In this document: in pieces, positions 17,457 through 25,830 of the stretch
How positions within the stretch are numbered: position 1 is the first letter of the stretch
Layout: every line of letters starts with the position of its first letter
Sequence record: DRR723986_5535
Length of the DNA: 37,055 nucleotides
Reading direction: 5' to 3' (one strand)
The notes under the pieces: model-generated
Seen by the model: only the letters and a program-made list of their open reading frames with translations
What the model was told of the DNA's origin: nothing
Databases searched by the model: none
Program-made: the position numbers and the translations under genes

Positions 17457-19058
17457 TTATTCCGGCAACATGGCTTCCAGCGTTTCCAGCCGGTCGGCCT
17501 CTTCAACGGGCTTGTCCCAGCGGATGCGATTGATGCGCGGGAACCGCATGGCGAGACCGGACTTGTGACGGGCCGATCGCTGCAGACCTTCGAAGGCGAC
17601 TTCCAGAACGATTTCAGGTGTCACGGAGCGTACAGGCCCGAAGCGCTCAATCGTGTTTTCACGGACGAATTTGTCGAGCTGTTTCAATTCCTCATCGGTA
17701 AAACCGAAATAGGCCTTGCCGACCGGGGTCAGCGTTTCGCCCTTCCAGACCGCGAAGGTGAAATCGGAATAGAATCCGGAGCGCTTGCCGTGGCCTCGCT
17801 GGGCGTAGAGCAGCACGGCATCGACGAGGAACGGGTCCCGCTTCCATTTGTACCAAAGGCCTGCCGGGCGTCCGGCGACATAGGCGCTGTCCCAGCGTTT
17901 CAGCATCAGGCCCTCGATTTCAGGGGCCGGCGGGTTCATGCGCAAGTCATCAAGGCCTTTGAGGCTTGCCACGGGGACGAGTGGCGATAGGTCCAGCTGT
18001 TCCGTTCCATGCCGGGCGATGAAGTCTTCAAGCGCGGTGCGCCGATGCCGGAAGGGCAAGGCGCGCAGGTCGTCATGGCCATCGTGCAGCAGGTCATAGG
18101 CGCGAATGAAGGCCGGGTGGCTTTCCATCAGCCGCTTGGTGACTGTCTTCCGGTTCAGACGCTGCTGCAGCGTATTGAAGGACGCGACACCTTCACCGTC
18201 CTGGGCACGGATCAGCAGTTCCCCGTCCAGCGTGCCCTGGAAGTTCAGGCCAGCCAGCACATCCGGGAAAGTGTGGGAGATGTCGTCGCCCGTGCGGGTG
18301 TAGATACGCCGGACCGTACCTTCAACGGATGCCTGGATACGAACGCCGTCATACTTCCATTCGGCGGCAAAGCTTCCCGGTGTGATGAGGGCCGGGTCTA
18401 CTGCGTCCGGGTTATCCCGGTCCGCTTTCGGGATCAGGGGATGGGCCAGCATCACGGGCCTGAAGGGCGCGGCAATATCCGGAGACGGACGGCTTGTGTG
18501 CCCCTCCAGCCAGGCAAACAGAGGCTCATAGGGAAGGGCGAGGCCATGCCAGATTTCCTCGATCTCTGTGATGTCGACATCACCGAGGTGAGCAAGCGCC
18601 ATTTTGGCCATGCGCGCTGACACGCCGATGCGCAGGCCCCCCATGATCAGTTTCAGCAGCGCCCACCGGCCAGTCGCATCCAGCCCATCCAGCCAGCCGG
18701 CGACGAGGCGCGGTGCTTCGGCGCGTGTGGCCTCCTGCAGGGTTTCGACGATCTCGGAGAGGGGCGGGGTCCGGTTTACCCCATGCTCTCCTTGCCAGAC
18801 GAGGCTGACCGTGTCGGCAAGGTCGCCGACATAATCGTAGGACATGTTGAACAGGACCGGGTCCATCCGCTCTTCTGCGAGTGTGCGGATCGCGGCAGGT
18901 TTGATGCTCTTGAGGTCCAGCTCGCCTGTCAGGGCGGCGAGGGCATAGCCCCGGTCCGGATCTGGTGCGCTGGCGAAATAGCCGGTCAGCAAGTACAGCT
19001 TGCCGTTCCGCGAAGGCGTCAGCAGCAGGCGTTCCAGCAGGTCGGCAAACTCTTGCAT
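17457..19058 (-). CDS. ATP-dependent DNA ligase (ligase-associated DNA damage response type)
   Basis: EWKYDGVR adenylation motif, LDGELL, YDLL, EGLMLK, WYKWK, MRFPRI; start at 19058 or 19070. Confidence 0.95.
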   Translation of the reverse strand: MQEFADLLERLLLTPSRNGKLYLLTGYFASAPDPDRGYALAALTGELDLKSIKPAAIRTLAEERMDPVLFNMSYDYVGDLADTVSLVWQGEHGVNRTPPLSEIVETLQEATRAEAPRLVAGWLDGLDATGRWALLKLIMGGLRIGVSARMAKMALAHLGDVDITEIEEIWHGLALPYEPLFAWLEGHTSRPSPDIAAPFRPVMLAHPLIPKADRDNPDAVDPALITPGSFAAEWKYDGVRIQASVEGTVRRIYTRTGDDISHTFPDVLAGLNFQGTLDGELLIRAQDGEGVASFNTLQQRLNRKTVTKRLMESHPAFIRAYDLLHDGHDDLRALPFRHRRTALEDFIARHGTEQLDLSPLVPVASLKGLDDLRMNPPAPEIEGLMLKRWDSAYVAGRPAGLWYKWKRDPFLVDAVLLYAQRGHGKRSGFYSDFTFAVWKGETLTPVGKAYFGFTDEELKQLDKFVRENTIERFGPVRSVTPEIVLEVAFEGLQRSARHKSGLAMRFPRINRIRWDKPVEEADRLETLEAMLPE

Positions 19059-19146
19059 CAACAGATACATAGGGCCAAATGCCGCTCATGACAGCGTCGG
19101 AAGACTTGGCGCGCGACAAAAACAGGACATCCAGAGGAAACGCCAC

Positions 19147-19761
19147 ATGACGCTCAAGCTCCACCACCTCAATGCCTCCCGTTCGCAGCGGATCGTCTGG
19201 CTGCTTGCCGAACTCGGCGTGCCGCACGAGATCGTGCACTACAAGCGCAACGAAGAGACCAACCTCGCGCCGCCGGATCTTCTGAAGATCCACCCAATGG
19301 GTAAGTCTCCATTGCTGGAGGATGGGGATATCGTCATCGCCGAGACGGGCGCCATCGCGGAATACCTCATGGGCCGGTATGACACCGATTACAGCCTGCA
19401 CCCGCGCCCCAGCTCTCCGGAATTTCCGCGATATCTCGAATGGGTTCACGCTGCTGAAGGCGCCGTGTTCCTTCCGGGCCTTTTGCAGGTCTATTTTGCC
19501 CGGGTCGATATGACCGGCAATCCTGCGCAGGCCATGATGGCAGCGGAACGCGAGAAGGCAGCGGCGACGATCGAGGCGCACCTGTCCAAACATCCCTACT
19601 TTGCGGGCGAGCGGTTCACCGCGGCAGACTGCCTGATGGGCTTCCAGATCCTGATGTCGAACGCGCAGGGTGGACTGGAAAACCGGCCCGCGACCAAGGC
19701 ATGGTTTGAAAAGATGCAGGCCCGTCCGGGCTGGCAGAAGATGATGGAAGTCGGGATCTAG
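19147..19761 (+). CDS. Glutathione S-transferase family protein
   Basis: LHHLNASRSQRIVWLL, HPMGKSP, AETGAIAEYL, FTAAD; GAGG SD before ATG 19147. Confidence 0.93.
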   Translation: MTLKLHHLNASRSQRIVWLLAELGVPHEIVHYKRNEETNLAPPDLLKIHPMGKSPLLEDGDIVIAETGAIAEYLMGRYDTDYSLHPRPSSPEFPRYLEWVHAAEGAVFLPGLLQVYFARVDMTGNPAQAMMAAEREKAAATIEAHLSKHPYFAGERFTAADCLMGFQILMSNAQGGLENRPATKAWFEKMQARPGWQKMMEVGI

Positions 19762-19789
19762 GCGAAGTCGGGATCCAGGTAAAAACCGT

Positions 19790-19820
19790 CCGGCTTCCGG
19801 AGGCTGACACCGGAAGCCGG
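19790..19820. terminator. Perfect 11-bp hairpin between convergent genes
   Basis: CCGGCTTCCGG-AGGCTGACA-CCGGAAGCCGG; no strong U-tract on the plus side. Confidence 0.55.
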
Positions 19821-19832
19821 GAATCCGGTTGC

Positions 19833-20402
19833 TTACTCTTCGTCGCCCATGTCGTCCTCCACGGTCACGGCCCCTTCGAATATGTGGGTGAGGTCTGACA
19901 GTTCCGCCAGAGTCTCCGTCACAAATTCTGCGCGCCGCGCATCAAGCGAGCCGGAACAGCCGGTGTCATAGTCGATCCGCTGGCCTGTATCCCCCCGGCC
20001 AAGGTGGATGTAATAGACCCGGCCGCGCTGCAGGTATTGCGGGCAGAGGACCGGATTGTCCTTTGTGATGTCGAGCACGCTGTCGGTATCGTCAAAGCCC
20101 TGACCTTCGAACGCGGTCTTCACAGCGGCGTACAGATCCCCCGGCGCGATGCCGGAATAGGCGCTGTCTTCCGCTGAGCGCTGCCAGTAATTGTCCGGGT
20201 CCAGCAGCACATTCACGACCGGACACCCACCCGCCTGGCAGTCCATGATCGAAATGCTGATCGAGTGTGGGCCGCCGGTCGGCAGCTCGTATGCGGCATC
20301 CGGCCGGGCTGGCAGGGGTGCGTACCGGTCCGCCTCATCCGCATTGCGGCTGGCACATGCCGCGAGAACGAACCCGGACGCGAGTAGGATCAGATTGCGC
20401 AT
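19833..20402 (-). CDS. Hypothetical Cys-containing lipoprotein (DUF6438-like, tentative)
   Basis: Lipobox LAAC; CQAGGCPV, CP and YDTGC; TGATG coupling with the protease gene. Confidence 0.7.
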   Translation of the reverse strand: MRNLILLASGFVLAACASRNADEADRYAPLPARPDAAYELPTGGPHSISISIMDCQAGGCPVVNVLLDPDNYWQRSAEDSAYSGIAPGDLYAAVKTAFEGQGFDDTDSVLDITKDNPVLCPQYLQRGRVYYIHLGRGDTGQRIDYDTGCSGSLDARRAEFVTETLAELSDLTHIFEGAVTVEDDMGDEE

Positions 20403-21604
20403 CACCGGCAAATATCCTCATCACTGTCGCACAGTGCCATCACATCGCTCAGCCAGCCCGTATAGCCCTGCAGGTTTGTGTAGCGGCCATTATAGTCCCC
20501 GGCACAGAACTGCCCGGTTTCGCGGTTCTGTTCGACGACGGACAGAACCCCGACCGCCGTCTTGGAACCATCTTCCTCGGTCACATAGAGCGGCCCGCCG
20601 CTGTCGCCGACACAGGGACCGGCACCTGCCTGGCTGGCCACATAGATGGTTGCAGGGCCGGTGCCTGTGATGCGGATACTGGCGGCAAGAAGACTGTTCG
20701 ACAGCTTTCCACCGAAATGCGTCAGGCCCCAGCCGGCCATTTCGCCAGTCTGATAATTCGCAGGTGCCAGCGGCATATCCGTCGCGCCGTATCGGGCGAC
20801 GGGCACATCACCCAGCGCCAGGGCTTCCTCATCAGACAGGCGGATCAGGGCGAGGTCGTTGGCGTATCCGTTTGCCGTTCCGGCATAGCCGCCATGGCAG
20901 ATGGCAAACTCACCCTCGGTCGCGTGGGCAAGCGGAGAACTCAGATTTTCAGCGGTACCGATGATACGCAGCTGATCGAACGGCTCGTCGACGCAGTGGG
21001 CGGCCGTCGCCAGCCAGTGGTCCGCGATACGCACCGCGCCGCAATGGCCGGTGACAATCATGCCATCCTGGGCCGGTTTTACGGGCTCCAGTTTCACGAT
21101 GCCGGGGAAGCTGGCGAGGCTGGCCGCGAGGCCGTTCACCGCTTCGGCGCCGACGGCGGTCTCCTCGATTTGTGTGGCGCCGGCGACTGCGCCGACGGTC
21201 AGGGTGGGCGGCGCATCGGCCGGCAGGCCGCAGGGGACCGCGTTCAGCTCGGCCAGCGTCAGGCCGGGTGCCTCCTTGGCGGCGTCTTCGCTTTCGCCTT
21301 CGTCCACGTCTGGTTCGGCATCCGCTTCTTCGCCAACAATGCTTTCCGGGGAGAGGAGGGTTTCCTCCTGCACCTCATCAAGAGGCGTGTCCCGGTCGAC
21401 CGTTGGCGTTTCCCCCATGCCTGCAGAGTCTGCCTCAGGTTCTGCCATCAGCAGATCCGAATCGCGCTCGGTCATTTCTGTCGCGGGTGCCGCTTCAGCC
21501 TCTTCCTGACCCGCCGGATTGAACACCGGCAGGCGGACTGCATCGCAAGCGGGCAGGGCACTCAGCGCAATCAGCGCAGCCCCGGCAAGCAGGTGGCGTT
21601 TCAT
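20402..21604 (-). CDS. Trypsin-like (S1) serine protease lipoprotein with acidic linker
   Basis: Lipobox LPAC; LATAAHC, NDLALIRL and CVGDSGGP catalytic triad motifs; start at ATG 21604. Confidence 0.92.
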   Translation of the reverse strand: MKRHLLAGAALIALSALPACDAVRLPVFNPAGQEEAEAAPATEMTERDSDLLMAEPEADSAGMGETPTVDRDTPLDEVQEETLLSPESIVGEEADAEPDVDEGESEDAAKEAPGLTLAELNAVPCGLPADAPPTLTVGAVAGATQIEETAVGAEAVNGLAASLASFPGIVKLEPVKPAQDGMIVTGHCGAVRIADHWLATAAHCVDEPFDQLRIIGTAENLSSPLAHATEGEFAICHGGYAGTANGYANDLALIRLSDEEALALGDVPVARYGATDMPLAPANYQTGEMAGWGLTHFGGKLSNSLLAASIRITGTGPATIYVASQAGAGPCVGDSGGPLYVTEEDGSKTAVGVLSVVEQNRETGQFCAGDYNGRYTNLQGYTGWLSDVMALCDSDEDICR

Positions 21605-21713
21605 TCTGAAATCCCCTTCTGGAACACCGTAGTGCGCAGTTAATGCCGGTGCCGCAGGCGGGGTCAACCGGCCTGATCGTCGTGGCCAGTCAGACGCAGG
21701 AGGGAATGTGTCT

Positions 21714-22175
21714 TCAGAACATGGAATTTCCATGCTGCGAATTTTCAGGCACCGGCTGGCTTGCGCCCCAGTGCTCTGCGAACTTACCGTCTTCCATACG
21801 GAAGATATGGATCACGGCATTGCCGCGGGAGTCCGGTTCCGCCTTGAAATGGACGTGCAGCCAGACAAGGTCGCCATCCGCAGCGGCGCGTTTGACGTCT
21901 GCATGCATCTCGGGGAATTTTTCGATGCGCCCGGCGAAATAGGCAAGGAAGCCATCCTTGCCATCAGGGACGTGCTGCGAATGCTGAATATAGCCGTCGG
22001 CGATGCATTCGCGGCCGGCCGTTTCAAGGTCGAGCTCCACCTCAATGACATTCATACACCAGATCGCCTTTTCAAGGTTTGCGGCTTCCAGTTGTTCCTG
22101 CGCGCTGGGTACCGTTGTGCATGCGCCGATTGTGGCCAGGGCGAGCGTGCTGAGAAGGAGGGCGTTGAAACGCAT
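21714..22175 (-). CDS. SnoaL-like/NTF2 family lipoprotein
   Basis: Lipobox IGAC; YIQHS..VPDGKDGF, ADGDLVWLH, IFRMEDGKFAEHW. Confidence 0.88.
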   Translation of the reverse strand: MRFNALLLSTLALATIGACTTVPSAQEQLEAANLEKAIWCMNVIEVELDLETAGRECIADGYIQHSQHVPDGKDGFLAYFAGRIEKFPEMHADVKRAAADGDLVWLHVHFKAEPDSRGNAVIHIFRMEDGKFAEHWGASQPVPENSQHGNSMF

Positions 22176-22270
22176 AAATGTCCTTTCGGTACCAATTCGG
22201 AACTGATCCGAGGGGTAAAGCCGGGGGGAGTGCGTGTCGATGCAACAAAATGTTATCGTTCACCGAGCTC

Positions 22271-23299
22271 TTACCCAGCCTCTTCCTCGTAGCCCACCAG
22301 GCGCAGCGGCCGGGCGCGGCGTCCTTCCAGCATGGCCCAGCGCACGAGCGCATCTTCCCGGCCATAGGTGACCCACAGCTCGTCGGGATTCACGTCCCGC
22401 ACCGTGCCGGTCAGCTCGTCCCAGTCGGCATGATCCGAAATGATCAGGGGCAGCTCGACGCCGCTCGCCTTGGCGCGCTGGCGCACGCTCATCCAGCCGG
22501 AAGCAAAACCGATCAGTGGATCCGGGAAGCGCTGCGCCCATGTCCCTTCGAACGAGCCCGGCGGAGCGATCACGACCTGGCCGCGGAAGGCTTCGCGGGC
22601 AGCTTTGGATGTGTCGTCCATTGTGGCCGGGCGCAGGTCGCCCATCGGGACGCCGGCATCTTCATAGACCGCGCAGAGCTTTTCCAGCGCGCCATGGATG
22701 TAGATCGGCGCGTCATGCCCGGCGAGGCGCAGGTGACGGATCATCCGCTGCGCCTTGCCGAGGGAGTAGGCGCCGACACAGTGTGTGCGGTCCGGGAAGT
22801 CCGCGATGTTGCGCAGCAGCTTGCCCATTTCGTGTTCGGTCGGCGGATGGCGGAAAACCGGCAGGCCGAACGTCGCTTCGGAGATGAAGACATGCGTGCC
22901 GTCGACGGGCTCGAAACTGGCGCACGTTGGGTCCCACCGGCGCTTGTAATCGCCGGTAAAGGTCATCCGCAGGCCCTTGTATTCCACGGTGATCTGGGCG
23001 GAGCCGAGGATGTGTCCGGCGGGCGTCAGCCAGACCGAGACGCCGTTGATGTCGATGACTTCGCCGTATTCCAGCGCCTGCGTCGATTTCGCGAAATTCT
23101 TTCCGTATCGCGCCGCCATGATGGCCAACGTGTGCGGATGCGACAGGACCGCGCCATGGCCGCCGCGGGCGTGATCGGAATGGCCGTGGCTGATGACGGC
23201 TCGGTCAACCGCACCGCGCACCGGGTCGAGATAGAAATCCCCCGGCGGGCAATAAAGGCCCTTTGGCGTTGGCTGCAGCAGGAGGTCCGGACGGAGCAT
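22271..23299 (-). CDS. Ligase-associated DNA damage response exonuclease (MBL/beta-CASP)
   Basis: GLYCPPGDFYLDP, ISHGHSDH, AGHILGS, TGDYK, SEATFGLP, SDHADW; start at ATG 23299. Confidence 0.93.
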   Translation of the reverse strand: MLRPDLLLQPTPKGLYCPPGDFYLDPVRGAVDRAVISHGHSDHARGGHGAVLSHPHTLAIMAARYGKNFAKSTQALEYGEVIDINGVSVWLTPAGHILGSAQITVEYKGLRMTFTGDYKRRWDPTCASFEPVDGTHVFISEATFGLPVFRHPPTEHEMGKLLRNIADFPDRTHCVGAYSLGKAQRMIRHLRLAGHDAPIYIHGALEKLCAVYEDAGVPMGDLRPATMDDTSKAAREAFRGQVVIAPPGSFEGTWAQRFPDPLIGFASGWMSVRQRAKASGVELPLIISDHADWDELTGTVRDVNPDELWVTYGREDALVRWAMLEGRRARPLRLVGYEEEAG

Positions 23300-23477
23300 G
23301 CGGTTAATGTAGCGGTCCGTTGGCGGCAGGGAAGGCGGGGTTCGGTCAATTTCAACCCCGGCAGAAATGCCTCGCCCTGAATTTTCAGCGATTTTTCCAT
23401 ATTCTAACTGAGTTGCCACACTTGCGACACGAAGAGGTGTGCATAGACTCCCCCCGGAGAAGAGGGAGTTTTCCAAC

Positions 23478-25031
23478 ATGCAGCCAGTCCGTTCCGTTTT
23501 TGCCTCCGCTGTCGCGCTGGCCCTGATGGCCATGCCATCTTTCGCCCAGGAAGGCGGGAATACGGACCTGATGGACAAGTCGCTGGCAGCTGGCTGGAAA
23601 GCGAGCTTCGTCTGCTCCGACACGTTCGTTGCAGGCATGGATCTGGAAACGATCGAGGACAACGACCTCGACGGCATCTACACCGACTACCGCCGCGCGT
23701 TTAACCAGCTGCCCGATGCGAAGATCGACTTCAACGAGCAGACGGTGAGCGTGCAGTATGACCGCTCCATGCCGCCGCGCATGGCGGTTTACCGGCCGGG
23801 CTTTGGCTGCACCCAGCTGCCGCCCGGCGCCGATGAAATCATGATCGGTTACCTGCCGCGCTTTGCTGCCTGGCCGGAAGTTACCGGCGAGGACCGGGGC
23901 AGTGCCATCGGGTCCAATGTGAAAGTCAGCCTGCGGACCGAAGAGGCAGAGCGTCTAGACATTCCGGTCTCTTTCGCCTTTGACGAACGCACCTATGGCA
24001 ATGGCACGCGCACCAGCGCTGTGGTTGTGGTCAAGGACGGCCAGATCGTCGCGGAGCGCTATGCCCGCGGAATCGATCACGAGACACCACAGCGCACCTG
24101 GTCGGTTGCCAAGTCGATCACCGCCACAGTGCTCGGCGCCGCGCGCCGTCAGGGCATGATCGATATCGATTATCCTGCCGTGATCGAAGCCTGGGATTCC
24201 GGCGCCGATCCGCGCCGTAACATCACAATCCGCAATCTGATGCACATGGCGAGCGGCCTGGACAGCGGCGAGTCCGGTTCGCGCACCGACCGGCTCTATT
24301 TCGGTGGCGGGCGCGTCGTGGACCAGGCCGCATCCAAAGTGATGGAGGCGATGCCCGGCAAGCGGTTCAAATACGCCAATGACGACACGCTGATTGCCAT
24401 GCGCTCCCTGCGTGAGGCGCTGGAGGATGACAGCAAGTTCCACAGCTTCCCGTACGAGGCTGTGCTGCACAAGATCGGCGCGCGCCATACCACGATGGAA
24501 GTGGACTGGAACGGCGACTTCATCTCGTCCAGCCAGGTCTGGTCGACGGCGCGGGATCTCGCCCGTGTCGGCCAGCTCTACCTGCAGGACGGCATGTGGG
24601 GCAGCGAGCGCATCCTGCCGGAAGGCTGGGTCGATTTCGTGAAAACCCCGGCACCGGCCCAGCCGGCCAGCGGTCCGGGCTATGGCGCCCAGTTCTGGCT
24701 TATGACGGATGCAGAAGGCGTGCCGGCCGACACGTTCTACATGGCCGGTAATCGCGGCCAGTACGTCGTCATCGTGCCCAGCATGAATGCCGTCATCGTG
24801 CGCCGCGGCTTCGATGTGATCGGCGGGGCCCGGTTCAACATCAACAATTTCACGCGCGATGTGCTGATGGGGCTGCAGGCGGCCGCAGACGAACGGGCCG
24901 CTGTCACCGCGCAGCGCGATGCGGCCGAGGCGGAAATCGAAGCCGAGATCGACCGCCGCCGCGCGCGCAGCGAGAAGGCCATTCAGGCGATCCGCGAGGA
25001 GATCCTGGCGAAGTACGGCTTGACGGAATAG
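23478..25031 (+). CDS. Secreted serine hydrolase, beta-lactamase class C-like
   Basis: Signal peptide (SFA|QE), SVAK (SxxK), LMHMASGL, YAN, TARDLARVGQLYL, GYGAQFW; charged helical C-terminal tail. Confidence 0.88.
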   Translation: MQPVRSVFASAVALALMAMPSFAQEGGNTDLMDKSLAAGWKASFVCSDTFVAGMDLETIEDNDLDGIYTDYRRAFNQLPDAKIDFNEQTVSVQYDRSMPPRMAVYRPGFGCTQLPPGADEIMIGYLPRFAAWPEVTGEDRGSAIGSNVKVSLRTEEAERLDIPVSFAFDERTYGNGTRTSAVVVVKDGQIVAERYARGIDHETPQRTWSVAKSITATVLGAARRQGMIDIDYPAVIEAWDSGADPRRNITIRNLMHMASGLDSGESGSRTDRLYFGGGRVVDQAASKVMEAMPGKRFKYANDDTLIAMRSLREALEDDSKFHSFPYEAVLHKIGARHTTMEVDWNGDFISSSQVWSTARDLARVGQLYLQDGMWGSERILPEGWVDFVKTPAPAQPASGPGYGAQFWLMTDAEGVPADTFYMAGNRGQYVVIVPSMNAVIVRRGFDVIGGARFNINNFTRDVLMGLQAAADERAAVTAQRDAAEAEIEAEIDRRRARSEKAIQAIREEILAKYGLTE

Positions 25032-25045
25032 GGGCGGAAGCGCGC

Positions 25046-25732
25046 CTAGCGCTGCCCGAGTGCGGTGTCTGCCGAGGCAGGCAGGGCCACGAGATTCGTC
25101 ACTTCGCGCCGCTCCGACTGGCTGAAGGGTTGCATCATCGCATTGCCGCTGATGTCCAGCGCGAAGTCCTGAATATAAGTCCGCCCATCCGGGGCGCGAT
25201 CGCAATTCGCCTTCATGCTGAAGCTGTCGATCTTGGCGACCATGGCCGGTTTGAACGGCTTTTCGGCGAACATTTCGAACGCGAGGATGCCGGGTGCCTC
25301 TTTTGACACTGTCACCCGGCCGGTGAGGTGCTTATAGACTTTGGCGGTTTCCTTGTCGTCGCCGGGCAAAGGCGTGAAACTGTAGACGGCCGCCTCGCCG
25401 GATTCCGAAATCATCTTCGCATCGGCAGGAATGTTCTCCTTGAAGCTGCTGCACCAGATCTTGTCGCCGGAAGTGTTTGCCTTGAGATCCGCGTAGCGCT
25501 CTGCAGCGTCGCCCTCCAGCGTGTCGGCATCGGGGGAGATCAACATCAGGCGTTCGCCTTCCGGCAGGGATGGGTCGACCTGTGCTTCGGCGTTCAGGTT
25601 ATCTCCTTCGAGCTTCAGGTCGAACTTGTAGACCGGCCCTTCCGTTGGCGCGGCGAGGGCCGCTTCCAGCGGTGTTTCCGCGAAGGCGGGAAGGGCGAAC
25701 AGGGGCAGGGCGATCAGGAAGGCAGGGCGCAT
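25046..25732 (-). CDS. Hypothetical secreted protein
   Basis: Signal peptide MRPAFLIALPLFALPAFA; normal codon bias. Confidence 0.75.
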   Translation of the reverse strand: MRPAFLIALPLFALPAFAETPLEAALAAPTEGPVYKFDLKLEGDNLNAEAQVDPSLPEGERLMLISPDADTLEGDAAERYADLKANTSGDKIWCSSFKENIPADAKMISESGEAAVYSFTPLPGDDKETAKVYKHLTGRVTVSKEAPGILAFEMFAEKPFKPAMVAKIDSFSMKANCDRAPDGRTYIQDFALDISGNAMMQPFSQSERREVTNLVALPASADTALGQR

Positions 25733-25830
25733 CGGGTTTCCATCAGCTGGGGAGAGGCGCTCACCTTGCCGGAAAGTGACTGGAAAAAAACCCGCAAATG
25801 CCGTGTCTTGCGGTAGTTTAATCTGAAGCC

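Noticed and set aside
12676-23677. Extended N-termini in the ORF track (12778, 13872, 14140, 16904, 19000, 21733, 23677)
   Set aside because: They overlap neighbouring genes or promoters; homology, SD or signal peptides point to downstream ATGs.
23478-25031. True beta-lactam resistance gene
   Set aside because: SxxK/YxN motifs are shared with many esterases and amidases; the long N-terminal domain fits a generic serine hydrolase.
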